In this document: positions 9,654 through 19,246 of the stretch, piece by piece
Numbering within the stretch: the stretch's first letter is position 1
Layout of the letters: each line of letters opens with the position of its first letter
Assembly: GCA_012518355.1 (NCBI GenBank)
Contig: JAAYSP010000228.1
Span: 1-56,524 of the forward strand
Direction of reading: 5' to 3'
Source: a candidate division WS1 bacterium
GTDB taxonomy: Bacteria; Armatimonadota; Zipacnadia; Zipacnadales; UBA11051
DNA length: 56,524 bases
Made by a program: the position numbers and the translations under genes
The notes under the pieces: generated by a model
What the model was told of the DNA's origin: nothing
What the model saw: the letters and a program-made list of their open reading frames with translations, nothing else
The model's database searches: none

Positions 9654-10065
9654 CTTTGGCCTCCTCCTGTGGCGCGTCCTGCGACTCTTGTTCCGGCCGT
9701 TTGGGGTTGCGGGTGAACCACCCTACCAGAAAACCCGCTCCTAGCAAGACGAGGACCGATAGCGCTTTGGGGACCTCCAGCCACAGGCCGAAGAAGTAAA
9801 ATCTCATTGGCGACCAGTTGCTTGCTAGCAGCACGATCACCAGTAAGCCCAGTAGTATCCAGGCGAAGTTGCGTAGGTTCCACTGGGGCAGCTTGATGCG
9901 GCTGAAGGGCGCACAGCAGGTCTGCCACAGGCGGGCGATCGGCCCGGGTCTTACGGCAGGGGTCACTCTGGGAGCCTGTCGCCTGGTCTTCGGGCTGTCC
10001 GCCTCGGGCGTGCTCTCTGGTGAGGCATTTTGTGGCTTATCGGGCTGTCTTCCCGCGTCTGCCAT
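9643..10065 (-). CDS. LapA/DUF1049-like membrane protein
   Basis: TM-N(WSP)MRFYFFG-LEVP-TM pattern typical of the LapA domain. Alternative start at 10092. Confidence 0.65.
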   Translation of the reverse strand: MADAGRQPDKPQNASPESTPEADSPKTRRQAPRVTPAVRPGPIARLWQTCCAPFSRIKLPQWNLRNFAWILLGLLVIVLLASNWSPMRFYFFGLWLEVPKALSVLVLLGAGFLVGWFTRNPKRPEQESQDAPQEEAKGDQ

Positions 10066-10144
10066 TCCTGAGGCCCTCCTCCTGGCCTTCATGATACGTT
10101 TCCGGCCACAGTATGGTCACTGCCGGGCCTGGCTCCGGATAGTG

Positions 10145-10174
10145 ATTATAGGCGTGTCGGGAAAGCCGTGTCAA
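10145..10174 (-). promoter_or_regulatory. Consensus sigma70 promoter for the LapA-like gene run
   Basis: Minus strand TTGACA-N18-TATAAT. Confidence 0.75.
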
Positions 10175-10234
10175 GCTGCCCAGGTCCGCCTGGCATGGGC
10201 GGATGACCGTGATCAGTCGTGCTTCCTGAGCAGC

Positions 10235-10690
10235 TTATCCGCCGCGAGTATGCCACTGAAATGGTACTTCGGGGTCGAAGGGATCGCGGCGTAGTTCGTC
10301 AGGCTCCTCGTAGTTGTACAGTTCAGTCGGTATGTTGAGCACTACGGATGTCTCGCTGCCTATCGCCGCCATGCCGTGCCATACCATGGGAGGTATGCGG
10401 ATGAGCACCGGGTTGAGCTGTCCGATGACGAAAGACTGGGCCTGCCCGCGAGTGCTGCTGTCGGGCCTGTCATCGTACAGGCCTACCTTGGTGTTGCCTG
10501 CCACGCAGCAGAAGTTGTCCCACTGCTTCCGGTGGCAGTGCCAGGCTTTGACGATGCCCGGAAAGCATGCGGATATATATGCCTGGCCGAACTGGATGAA
10601 CTGCTCATCATCGGCACGCAGTATCTCCATCAGATAGCCGCGATCATCCACAATTCGCTTGAGCTGCTTGATGTGCACGCCTTCTATCAT
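10235..10690 (-). CDS. rmlC: dTDP-4-dehydrorhamnose 3,5-epimerase family (cupin) protein
   Basis: IEGV, DDRGYLMEI, VKAWHCH, LYDDRPDSST and IPPMVWHG. Confidence 0.85.
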   Translation of the reverse strand: MIEGVHIKQLKRIVDDRGYLMEILRADDEQFIQFGQAYISACFPGIVKAWHCHRKQWDNFCCVAGNTKVGLYDDRPDSSTRGQAQSFVIGQLNPVLIRIPPMVWHGMAAIGSETSVVLNIPTELYNYEEPDELRRDPFDPEVPFQWHTRGG

Positions 10691-10861
10691 GTTCATCATC
10701 TCCGCGATGCTTTCGATCCGCTCACATCTCACTTGCCCGCCAGAGGGCTTGATGGCGGCATATCAGATTGTCGGGGCACGCCGCTTTGCAGACGGCTCCA
10801 CACCCCACAGCAGGCTTGCCCTTTTCGCTGTCACAAGCAGAGGTGTGGCCGATTTGTGTGC

Positions 10862-12016
10862 TCAGTTGTCACTCGCTGTCAGGTGTCCATCCCGCCGCCA
10901 CTTGTTCAGGCACCGCATCACAGTCCACAGGTACTCTGCGCATCCGCCCAGAGCCGGAACATCGACGGTTTCCTCGAGAGTGTGCGCTCCGGAGGCACCG
11001 GTGGGCAGGATGATTGCCGGTATACCTTTTTCGTTGAACACGTTGGCGTCGCTACCTCCGCCGCCGATTTCGAGCCCCGGCTCCAGGCCCAGTTGCTGCG
11101 CCGCCTCTGTGGCAGCCAGTACCAACGGGTGCTCATCGCCGAGTGCGAAAGACTGGTACGAATTGACCTGCTCGATTTCCGTTCGGGCGCCCAGTCGCTT
11201 ACAGGCGTTGCGCACCGATTCGTTCATATGTCGCACCTGAGCATCCAGTTTGTCGCGGTCGTGGCTGCGCGCCTCACCCTGCATATGGCAGTGCGGTGGG
11301 ATTATGTTGCGCGCCTGGCCGCCAGATATGATGCCGATGTTGGCGGTGGTCTCGGCGTCTATCCGGCCCAGCTTCATGGCCGCAATTGCTGACGCGGTGG
11401 CCTGTATCGCACTGATGCCCTGCTCGGGGCACACCCCTGAGTGAGCAGCCTTGCCGTATATGTCGTAGGTCATCCGCAACGCCGAGGGAGCGGCAACACA
11501 GACGCTGCCTGCCTCGCGTCCACCGTCCAGGACCAGTGCCCAGTCGGCCTGGAAGCTGTCGTAGTCGAGGTTCTTGGCTCCGTTGAGTCCCGTTTCCTCG
11601 GCGATCGTGAAGATGACATGGATATCACCATGTGGCGGCTTTTGCTCGATGAGCTCACGGACCACAGCCATGATGACAGCGATGCCTGCCTTGTCGTCCC
11701 CGCCCAGGATGGTGTCACCGGCGCTGCGCAGTAGATCGCCGTCACGCACCGGCTCGATGCCGCAACCGGGCTTGACTGTATCCATATGAGCGTTTAGCAT
11801 GAGCGCAGGCAGATTTGGGGCGGTGGCATCAATCCGGGCATATAGATTGCCCACCTCACCATCTATAGCCAGATGAGCGTCATCGAAGCGCGTGGGAAGC
11901 CCTAGCTGTTCGAGGCGCTCGGCCAGGAAGTGAGCGACCTCGCGCTCCTGACCGGAGAGGCTGTCTATGCGGATCAGTTCGCACAATTCATCTGCTATCC
12001 TGTCGGGATCGAACAT
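10862..12016 (-). CDS. M20/M25/M40 metallopeptidase (peptidase T-like)
   Basis: AHMDTV, LGGDDKAG, IAEETG, GKAAHSG, GGGSDAN and HTLEE. Confidence 0.92.
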   Translation of the reverse strand: MFDPDRIADELCELIRIDSLSGQEREVAHFLAERLEQLGLPTRFDDAHLAIDGEVGNLYARIDATAPNLPALMLNAHMDTVKPGCGIEPVRDGDLLRSAGDTILGGDDKAGIAVIMAVVRELIEQKPPHGDIHVIFTIAEETGLNGAKNLDYDSFQADWALVLDGGREAGSVCVAAPSALRMTYDIYGKAAHSGVCPEQGISAIQATASAIAAMKLGRIDAETTANIGIISGGQARNIIPPHCHMQGEARSHDRDKLDAQVRHMNESVRNACKRLGARTEIEQVNSYQSFALGDEHPLVLAATEAAQQLGLEPGLEIGGGGSDANVFNEKGIPAIILPTGASGAHTLEETVDVPALGGCAEYLWTVMRCLNKWRRDGHLTASDN

Positions 12017-12074
12017 AGCTTTCCCTTCCTCTTCTTCAGTATAGACTTGCCGGTTATGGTACCGGATTTGGGCT

Positions 12075-13229
12075 ATGGAGGCAAATGAGATGCGCGTGGT
12101 GCTGCTGGCCGCCGATTTCCCGCCCTCTGTTGGCGGGATTCAGCGGTACGGTGCCGGACTGGCCGGAGCGCTGGTGCAGGCGGGTGTTCCGGTACAGGTC
12201 GTAGCGATGCAGCAGCCCGGCTGTGAGCGATTCGACGCGGAAGTCGGCTACGAAGTCGTGAGGGTGCCCGGAGGAAGCAAGCGGGCAGTCTGGCAGCAGA
12301 TGCGACATGCGGCGCAGAGTGCCTGGCCGGGCGATGACACCACTGCATTTGTGGCGCTCAAGTGGTTCCCCGAGGGACCGGCAGCGCTTCAAGCGGCGGC
12401 AGCCAGACGCGGCATCAGTGCTATGATCGGCCATGATCGTGAGTTCGCCCTACATGGCCTGAATGCGATCAAGTGGGCGATGCAAAAGTGGGTGCTGAGC
12501 GCCTGCGACATCCCGTTTGCGACCACTGCATTTGCCGCCTCCCAGATGGAACGTATGGGCGTAGCATCCCGCAGGCTTCGGCGCCTGGGCACGGGCCTGG
12601 ACGGGCAGCAGTTCTATCCCGATTCGGAAGCGGCGCAGCGGTTGCGCTGTCGACTGGGCCTGGAAGACGCTACAGTGGTGTGCACCGTTTCCCGCCTGGC
12701 TGCCCACAAGGGCCATCGTCACGTCATGGAGGCGTTGACCCTTATCGCCGACCGACTGCCCCGTCTGCGCTATCTCATCATCGGTGACGGCCCATATCGC
12801 CCGGACCTCGAGCGCCATGCCGGGGCCCTCGGCGCAAGTGATATGGTGCGGTTCACCGGTCCCGTATCGGCCGATGACCTGCGGGCGTACTACACCATGG
12901 CGGATGTGATGGTCATGGCCACTCACGATCTGCCGGGCCATCCTACCGAGGGCTTTGGGCTGAGCTTCATCGAGGCGAATGCGTGCGGCACTCCGGTGAT
13001 AGGCACGCACACCGGCGGCATTCCGGAAGCGATTGAGGATGGTGTGTCCGGACTGCTGGTGCCTCCGTGTGATCCCGAAACGCTGGCCGAAGCCCTACTG
13101 AGCCTGCTGACCGCTTCAGACTATGCTCATCTACTCGGTGAGAAGGGCCGACAGCGGGCACTGTCTCAGTTCACCTGGCCTCGCGTAGTGGCACGATTGA
13201 TCGAGGCGCTTGATGGGGCACAGGGTTAG
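12075..13229 (+). CDS. Glycosyltransferase family 4
   Basis: DFPPSVGGIQ, VSRLAAHKG, EGFGLSFIEA and GGIPEAI. Confidence 0.92.
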   Translation: MEANEMRVVLLAADFPPSVGGIQRYGAGLAGALVQAGVPVQVVAMQQPGCERFDAEVGYEVVRVPGGSKRAVWQQMRHAAQSAWPGDDTTAFVALKWFPEGPAALQAAAARRGISAMIGHDREFALHGLNAIKWAMQKWVLSACDIPFATTAFAASQMERMGVASRRLRRLGTGLDGQQFYPDSEAAQRLRCRLGLEDATVVCTVSRLAAHKGHRHVMEALTLIADRLPRLRYLIIGDGPYRPDLERHAGALGASDMVRFTGPVSADDLRAYYTMADVMVMATHDLPGHPTEGFGLSFIEANACGTPVIGTHTGGIPEAIEDGVSGLLVPPCDPETLAEALLSLLTASDYAHLLGEKGRQRALSQFTWPRVVARLIEALDGAQG

Positions 13230-13630
13230 GCCTTCGCCTTCTGTGTTTTCGAGCAGCATGGAAGGGCGGCGTATCGGGGTTGCGTCCTGTGTTTTGCAGT
13301 TCGTGTTAGGGCTGGCAGTTGCGCAGTTATCGGGCCTACCTACTAGCCTGCCGCTCCTGATGCGCTGGCCGAAGCTCTACTGAGCCTGCTGACCGCTTCA
13401 GACTATGCTCATCTACTTGGTGAGAAGGGCCGACAGCGGGCGCTGTCTCAGTTCACCTGGCCTCACGTAGCGGCACGATTGATCGAGGCGCTTGATGGGG
13501 CACACAGTTAGGCCTTCCGTGTTTTCGTGCACCACGAAAGAACAGTATGTTAGGGTTGAGCCTTGTGATTTTCAGTTCATATTTCGGTATGAGAGCTGAG
13601 CAGATACTGGAGCCACCTACCAGCCTGTCG
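13071..13630 (+). repeat. Tandem duplication with a ~282-bp unit covering the GT4 3' end plus downstream intergenic DNA
   Basis: 13081-13235 vs 13363-13517 differ at 7 of 155 positions. The following halves (13242-13352 vs 13519-13630) align at roughly 70% identity by hand. Confidence 0.93.
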
Positions 13631-13637
13631 ACTATGC

Positions 13638-13666
13638 TTGAAAACCTTTTGGCGCCGGTGTACAAT
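13638..13666 (+). promoter_or_regulatory. Sigma70 promoter of the pnt operon
   Basis: TTGAAA-N17-TACAAT. Confidence 0.6.
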
Positions 13667-13780
13667 GCTACAGTGAAAAGGTGGGCACATGGGGCACGGT
13701 CATAGAAGTGCTCTGGTGCCTGCACTTTTGTGTCCCTATATCGCGCATTGCCGTATGTGACTGTACGACCGATAAGATCG

Positions 13781-13830
13781 TGTATGACTGAGCACGACTG
13801 AGCATAACCGAGCATGAGTGTGCATGAGTG
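13781..13830 (+). repeat. Five degenerate 10-bp tandem repeats
   Basis: tgtatgactg / agcacgactg / agcataaccg / agcatgagtg / tgcatgagtg. Confidence 0.75.
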
Positions 13831-13902
13831 ACGTACCATATACAGTTGTGATCGCACCACCAGCTTCAGAGCCGCCAGTCACAGAGAGGCCGGGGATATC
13901 CA

Positions 13903-15045
13903 GTGCAGATATTTGTGCCGAAGGAAACGCACTCCGCTGAAAAGCGAGTACCGCTGATACCGTCTGACGCCGCACGACTGGTCGAAAAGGGCTGCGAGGT
14001 GCTCATCGAGCACGGCATGGGAGCCCCGTCGCGCCACGAAGATGAGGCCTACGAGAAGGCTGGTGCGGCGGTCGCCGATGATCGCAACGCGGCGCTATCC
14101 GCAGCCGACATGGTGCTGCGACTGCGCAAACCGCCGACTGAGGAAGTCGCGCTGCTCAAACCGAGCTGCATACACATAAGTTATCTGGATCCGTTCAACG
14201 AAGGCGCACTGGTCGAAGCCCTCGCCACCGGACAGGTGACTGCTATCAGCATGGAGATGATGCCTCGCACCACACGCGCCCAGAAGATGGATGCGCTCAG
14301 TTCGCAGGCGTCTCTGGCCGGATATGTGGCAGTCATCATCGCCGCCGAGCGGTTGGCGCAGGTCTTCCCCATGATGACCACCCCCGCTGGCACGCTGGCA
14401 CCGGCCAGAGTCTTCGTCATCGGCGCAGGTGTCGCTGGTCTGCAGGCGATAGCCACTGCAAAGCGTCTCGGCGCCCGTGTGGATGCCTTCGACACGCGTC
14501 CTGTGGTAGCCGAGCAGGTGGCTTCCCTCGGTGCCCGCTTCGTGCAGATAGATCTGGGCGAGACTGAAGAGGCCGCCGGAGGCTACGCAAAAGAGCTGAC
14601 TGCCGAGCAGCAGCAGATGCAGCAGGAGGCGATGGCACGGGTCTGCATCCAGTCTGATGTGGTCATCACTACTGCTCAGCTTTTCGGTCGCCCCGCGCCC
14701 CGGATCATAACCCGCGATGTAGTAGAGCAGATGAAGCCCGGCAGCGTGATTGTGGACCTGGCGGTTGAAACCGGTGGCAACGTGGAGGGTTCGGAGGTAG
14801 ACCAGGAGGTCGAAATCGGTGGGGTGCGAATTGTCGGCCTGGCAAATCTGCCCGGTCGGGTTGCCGTACATGCCTCGCAGATGTATTCGGCCAACATATC
14901 CGCCCTCGTGGAGGAGATATGGGATGCCGAGCAGAAAGCGCCCGATCTCGACCTGGAAAACGAAATACTGCAAGGCTGCGTGGTCACTCACGCGGGTGCC
15001 ATAGTCAACCAGATGCTGCTGGACATCATGAGTCGCAAAAGCTAG
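13903..15045 (+). CDS. pntA: NAD(P) transhydrogenase subunit alpha part 1
   Basis: VPKE..EKRV, RAQKMDALSSQ, GAGVAGLQAIATAKRLGA and DLAVETGGNVE. Confidence 0.96.
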   Translation: MQIFVPKETHSAEKRVPLIPSDAARLVEKGCEVLIEHGMGAPSRHEDEAYEKAGAAVADDRNAALSAADMVLRLRKPPTEEVALLKPSCIHISYLDPFNEGALVEALATGQVTAISMEMMPRTTRAQKMDALSSQASLAGYVAVIIAAERLAQVFPMMTTPAGTLAPARVFVIGAGVAGLQAIATAKRLGARVDAFDTRPVVAEQVASLGARFVQIDLGETEEAAGGYAKELTAEQQQMQQEAMARVCIQSDVVITTAQLFGRPAPRIITRDVVEQMKPGSVIVDLAVETGGNVEGSEVDQEVEIGGVRIVGLANLPGRVAVHASQMYSANISALVEEIWDAEQKAPDLDLENEILQGCVVTHAGAIVNQMLLDIMSRKS

Positions 15046-15077
15046 CTGCGTCGCAACAGCTTAAGAGGTGTCTGCCG

Positions 15078-15377
15078 ATGGCTGAAGGTGTGCTGCTTTT
15101 CTTCAACTTCGTACTGGCAATTTTCCTGGGATTCGAGCTGATATCGAAGGTACCGTCTCAGCTCCACACGCCGCTGATGTCCGGCTCGAACGCCATCTCC
15201 GGCATCACGATCGTGGGCGCGCTTCTGGCAGCGGGCATGACTGACCACCAGGTGCTGCGCATCGTCTTGAGCACTGCCGCGATGACGCTTGCGACAATCA
15301 ACGTCGTGGGCGGGTACCTGGTTACCGACCGTATGCTGGGCATGTTCTCGGCCCGCAAGGACGGTGAAGGCAAATGA
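15078..15377 (+). CDS. pntA: NAD(P) transhydrogenase subunit alpha part 2
   Basis: LHTPLMSGSNAISG and INVVGGYLVTDRMLGMF; GAGGTG RBS. Confidence 0.95.
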   Translation: MAEGVLLFFNFVLAIFLGFELISKVPSQLHTPLMSGSNAISGITIVGALLAAGMTDHQVLRIVLSTAAMTLATINVVGGYLVTDRMLGMFSARKDGEGK

Positions 15378-16795
15378 GCGGTCCTCTGGATCCCACGATT
15401 GCCAACTTCGGTTACATAGTCGCTTCTGCTCTGTTCATCATCGGCCTGAAGATGCTCAGCCGCCAGACATCGGCGCGGCTGGGCAACAAGCTGTCTTCCC
15501 TCGGCATGTTCATCGCGGTAGTCATGGCGCTTTTGAGCCAGCCGATAGATGATGCCACACGTATGATCATCATAGGTGTGGGCCTGGTACTGGGGACAGT
15601 CATCGGCGCCGTCGCAGCCATGAGGGTTGCCATGACCTCCATGCCTGAGATGGTTGCGGTCTTCAACGGCTTCGGCGGACTGGCAAGTCTGCTGGTCGGT
15701 TGGGTGGAGTTCGAGCGCGGCCGGGTAGTGTGGGGACTGCCTGACGAGTCGGTAGGTCTCGTCACCCTCATCGCCATCTTCCTGGCCGTGCTCATCGGAG
15801 GCGTGACCTTCACCGGCAGCATGATCGCTTATGCGAAGCTGGCGCAGAAGATATCCGGCAGGCCTGTACTGTTCGGGGGCCAGCGGACGCTCAACGCCGC
15901 GATTCTACTGCTGGCCATCGTCTGTGGTGTGCTGTTCATCACCGGGGTACTCAGCCCTCAAGCCTACATCGCGTTCCTGATCCTCATCGGCATTTCGCTG
16001 TTGTTCGGCGTGATGCTGACCATCCCCATCGGTGGGGCGGACATGCCTGTTGTCATCTCGCTTCTCAACAGCTACTCAGGGCTGGCGGCTTGTGCGGCCG
16101 GTTTTGTCATAGGTAACACGGTACTGGTGGTGGCTGGTTCGCTGGTCGGCGCCAGCGGCATCATCCTCACCACGATCATGTGCAAGGCGATGAACCGGTC
16201 GCTGCAGAACGTACTGTTCGGCGGCTTCGGAGCGGCTGCTGGTGGCATGGCCGGAGTCGAGGGCGAGGCCAGACCGATAGACGCCGAGTCGGCGTACTAT
16301 GTCCTGGAGGCCGCCCGTTCGGTGGTATTCGTGCCCGGTTATGGCATGGCAGTGGCACAGGCTCAGCACGCGGTTCGCGAGCTTGCCGACTTGCTGGAAG
16401 CCAACGGTACTGAGGTAGCGTTTGGTGTCCACCCTGTCGCCGGACGGATGCCGGGGCATATGAACGTGCTGCTGGCGGAGGCAAACATACCGTATGAGCA
16501 GCTTCGGGAGATGGATGACGTCAACGCTCAGATGCCCAACACCGATGTGGCGATCGTCATCGGCGCAAACGATGTGGTCAACCCAGCCGCTCGCGAGGAC
16601 GAAGGCAGCCCCATTTACGGGATGCCCATCATCAACGTAGACCAGGCGCGCACGACCATAGTGCTCAAACGCTCGATGGCCAGCGGTTTTGCAGGCATAG
16701 ACAACCCGCTGTTCTACAAGGAAAACACACGGATGCTGTTCGGAGACGCCAAGGCGAGTATCGAAGCGCTGGTGGGGCAGATGAAGGACGTCTAG
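15374..16795 (+). CDS. pntB: NAD(P) transhydrogenase subunit beta
   Basis: MTSMPEMVA, IGGADMPVVISLLNSYSG, PGYGMAVAQAQH, HPVAGRMPGHMNV and GANDVVNP. Confidence 0.97.
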   Translation: MSGPLDPTIANFGYIVASALFIIGLKMLSRQTSARLGNKLSSLGMFIAVVMALLSQPIDDATRMIIIGVGLVLGTVIGAVAAMRVAMTSMPEMVAVFNGFGGLASLLVGWVEFERGRVVWGLPDESVGLVTLIAIFLAVLIGGVTFTGSMIAYAKLAQKISGRPVLFGGQRTLNAAILLLAIVCGVLFITGVLSPQAYIAFLILIGISLLFGVMLTIPIGGADMPVVISLLNSYSGLAACAAGFVIGNTVLVVAGSLVGASGIILTTIMCKAMNRSLQNVLFGGFGAAAGGMAGVEGEARPIDAESAYYVLEAARSVVFVPGYGMAVAQAQHAVRELADLLEANGTEVAFGVHPVAGRMPGHMNVLLAEANIPYEQLREMDDVNAQMPNTDVAIVIGANDVVNPAAREDEGSPIYGMPIINVDQARTTIVLKRSMASGFAGIDNPLFYKENTRMLFGDAKASIEALVGQMKDV

Positions 16796-16919
16796 GCAGC
16801 TCGACATGTATTGCCTATTGCTCATGGTGTGTTAGTAACACTGCCGGGAGACGAAAAACTGCGCAGTTGCGGAGGAAGCATCACTGCACTGCCAGGGGCG
16901 TTGCTGCACGAGGCGAAGG

Positions 16920-17417
16920 CTAGCCGTCTTGTGACAGCAGTTGCGCTGGATCGCCGAACTTTGCCACCTCTTCTACGTCTACAAATCGCACGGTGAGCCG
17001 TCGCAGAAGTGCCGCGATGTCGAATTCGCCACTGAGCAGTTGCGCGTTGATCTCGCCCATGCATGTGGGGGCATAGAGCCCGAACAGCGGCTGGGGAGTG
17101 TCGACATCCAGCAGTGGGACCACAGCATCGTAGCCAGCCCTCACGTATTCAAGATATCGGGCCAGTTCCGCCGATGGTGTGGTGATGTCGCTTGCTACCA
17201 GTAGTACCGGTTCATCCTGACTCCAGGACAGGGCTGCTTTCAGGGCACTCACGGAGTCGGTACGCTCCAACTCCAGCACTGGCCAGCCAGCCGGGTTTGT
17301 CACGGCTTCAGGGCATAGCACCACGTAGCTTTCACAGCAATTTTCGACCATCAGCCTTAGTGGCTGCCAGTCATCGGCAACCGTGTTTGCATCAGTGACA
17401 AGCACCGCTGCTTTCAT
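16920..17417 (-). CDS. MobA-like NTP transferase fold protein, degenerate
   Basis: The C-terminal part resembles MobA (LKAAL, VLLVASD, DAVVP, QPLFGLY), but the N-terminal LAGGxSxRMG loop is missing. Confidence 0.55.
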   Translation of the reverse strand: MKAAVLVTDANTVADDWQPLRLMVENCCESYVVLCPEAVTNPAGWPVLELERTDSVSALKAALSWSQDEPVLLVASDITTPSAELARYLEYVRAGYDAVVPLLDVDTPQPLFGLYAPTCMGEINAQLLSGEFDIAALLRRLTVRFVDVEEVAKFGDPAQLLSQDG

Positions 17418-17428
17418 ATACTTTTTCC

Positions 17429-17458
17429 TTGCCGCATGTGACTACTACCTTGTATAAT
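17429..17458 (+). promoter_or_regulatory. Possible sigma70 promoter
   Basis: TTGCCG-N18-TATAAT upstream of the 17617 gene. Confidence 0.4.
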
Positions 17459-17616
17459 AGTCGAGTCTGGAAGTGCCAAAATCTCGCCTTGTAGTGGACG
17501 ATGTGTGGTTCCATGAAATTTTTGGCGTCTTCTGCGCACAGTGCACGAGAAAATTATACTCGCCCAGGTGCTGGTGGGCAAGCAGTATTATCACTGACTG
17601 ATTGAGGAGGCACAAG

Positions 17617-18540
17617 ATGAAGGGCAAAGCTCTAGCGGCATCGCTACTTTTGATACTGTGCGTGGCGGCCGCGGCTCAGCAACCCGCTGAAGTTATCAAG
17701 TATGAGTTGTTTTACACTCCGAATGCCGAGCTGGCCACCCTGCAGCAGGTGAATGCAAAAATTGAGGAAGTGGCTCTGGAGAACAATCCTCTTGGCATCG
17801 AAGGCTGGATGAAGGCAAAACTGGAGCATAGGGCAGGTGCGATAAACGAAGAGACGAAGACTTTTGCCTTGACGCTGGAGCTGGAAGAGATTGCTCAGGA
17901 GTTCAACGGTCAACCGATCGGTGGCGCACAGCAGTCGCGTATCAGTGTGGAGCTCACGCCTCTGGGGCAGATCAAAAATCCTCGCCAGGTGTCTGATACT
18001 GATACCCCGGCGGCCGCGCTGGCTGCTGGAGTGCCAGTCCAGATGCTAGCACTGCTTTGCCATGTGGTTACCTTCCCTGACCATCCTGTAGCCGTCGGAG
18101 AGCGTTGGGTCAACGACGGAGCCGTTGATGTCGGGCAGGATGCTCCCGTGACACTGCGCATAGCAACCGAATTGCTGCAGGTCACTCAGGCTGATGAGCA
18201 GGCCGAAGAGCGAGGACAACAGGCCACGCTACTCTCAGACATGGATCTACTCCTGGCTGATTTCAAAGCACCCAACCCGATGGGCTATGGCGACCCGGTA
18301 ACTGTACAGAACGGCCGCTTGACCATCACCGACCTGACTCGGGAGTTTGACATGCAAAACGGTGTGGTTGTGGATGCCGAAGGGAAGGCCGGTTTCAGCG
18401 GACAGATGGTCATGGCCGGTTTTCCACTGAATCTTCGGGTGACCATGAGCTTTTCGATGAAGCCTCAACCCGCACAGGACAACGCACCCGTTGTAGTCGG
18501 TGGTGCTGGTGAAGATGAAGCTCAGGCTGGTGGTGGATAG
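17617..18540 (+). CDS. Hypothetical exported protein
   Basis: Signal peptide MKGKALAASLLLILCVAAAA, GAGGAGG RBS and a mature part that looks beta-rich. Confidence 0.8.
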   Translation: MKGKALAASLLLILCVAAAAQQPAEVIKYELFYTPNAELATLQQVNAKIEEVALENNPLGIEGWMKAKLEHRAGAINEETKTFALTLELEEIAQEFNGQPIGGAQQSRISVELTPLGQIKNPRQVSDTDTPAAALAAGVPVQMLALLCHVVTFPDHPVAVGERWVNDGAVDVGQDAPVTLRIATELLQVTQADEQAEERGQQATLLSDMDLLLADFKAPNPMGYGDPVTVQNGRLTITDLTREFDMQNGVVVDAEGKAGFSGQMVMAGFPLNLRVTMSFSMKPQPAQDNAPVVVGGAGEDEAQAGGG

Positions 18541-18663
18541 GGGGGAGCTGGTGGGGCGAACCGGGCCCTGCCAATCACGTGGCAGTCCGGCACAGCACCT
18601 CAGCAGTTCGGTGAGTCAGTCATGGGATGTTACGGGCACACAGTAAGTCGTGACAGACAGCCT

Positions 18664-18701
18664 GCCGACCGCCCTCCATCAGAGCGGTCGGTCCTTTTTT
18701 T
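18664..18701 (+). terminator. Intrinsic terminator
   Basis: GCCGACCGC...GCGGTCGGT stem followed by CC and T7. Confidence 0.7.
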
Positions 18702-18769
18702 GTGTCGCGTATGCAGTGGGGACAACACGAATTGCGCACGTGTGTCAGGCGAGTCGATGGTCCCCAGCT

Positions 18770-19108
18770 TCAGGGCTGATCTGTCGCGGCAGCGCCTGGT
18801 TCGGCCGCCGAATCGGGAGACGCGTGAGACGATTGAGCTTCACCTGCTGGCTTCGCCTCCTGATCGGGTGCAGGTGTAGTCGCGGCCCCCGGAGGCCCTT
18901 GATCGGTGGCTGCTTGCTCACCGCTGCTCTCTTCAGAAGACGGCACTTCGTTTTCGGCCGGAACCACCGGTGCCAGGTCGACAATCGGCTCTGACGCGTC
19001 ACTGACGGCAGGGGGCTTGTCTACCACAAGATAGTACAGAGCCAGCAAAATCGCGGCTACCAGGATCAAGACCACCACAACTACTGCCGGGCTTACACGT
19101 GTCTCCAT
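18770..19108 (-). CDS. Hypothetical single-pass membrane protein with acidic Pro/Ala-rich tail
   Basis: METRVSPAVVVVVLILVAAILLALYY followed by a low-complexity region; GGAGG RBS. Confidence 0.7.
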   Translation of the reverse strand: METRVSPAVVVVVLILVAAILLALYYLVVDKPPAVSDASEPIVDLAPVVPAENEVPSSEESSGEQAATDQGPPGAATTPAPDQEAKPAGEAQSSHASPDSAAEPGAAATDQP

Positions 19109-19246
19109 ACGTTGCCTCCCGCAAATCTGGCAAAAGTCCAAACGGACCACGACACTTTTTCCACATGATAGCGATTCGCCGTTGTGTGGCAGAATCCTCC
19201 TCTGGCCTCATGTTTCTTTATCTGGATATCTGTGCAGCCATCGCGC

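Noticed and set aside
13071-13630. Diversity-generating retroelement VR/TR pair
   Set aside because: Mismatches in the coding part are not adenine-specific (C/T, A/G, G/A, T/C, G/C), there is no reverse transcriptase in the window, and GT4 is not a typical target. A mild excess of changed adenines in the non-coding half is too weak to rely on.
13846-13863. Rex or CRP site before pntA
   Set aside because: TTGTGA is present but there is no matching TCACAA half-site.
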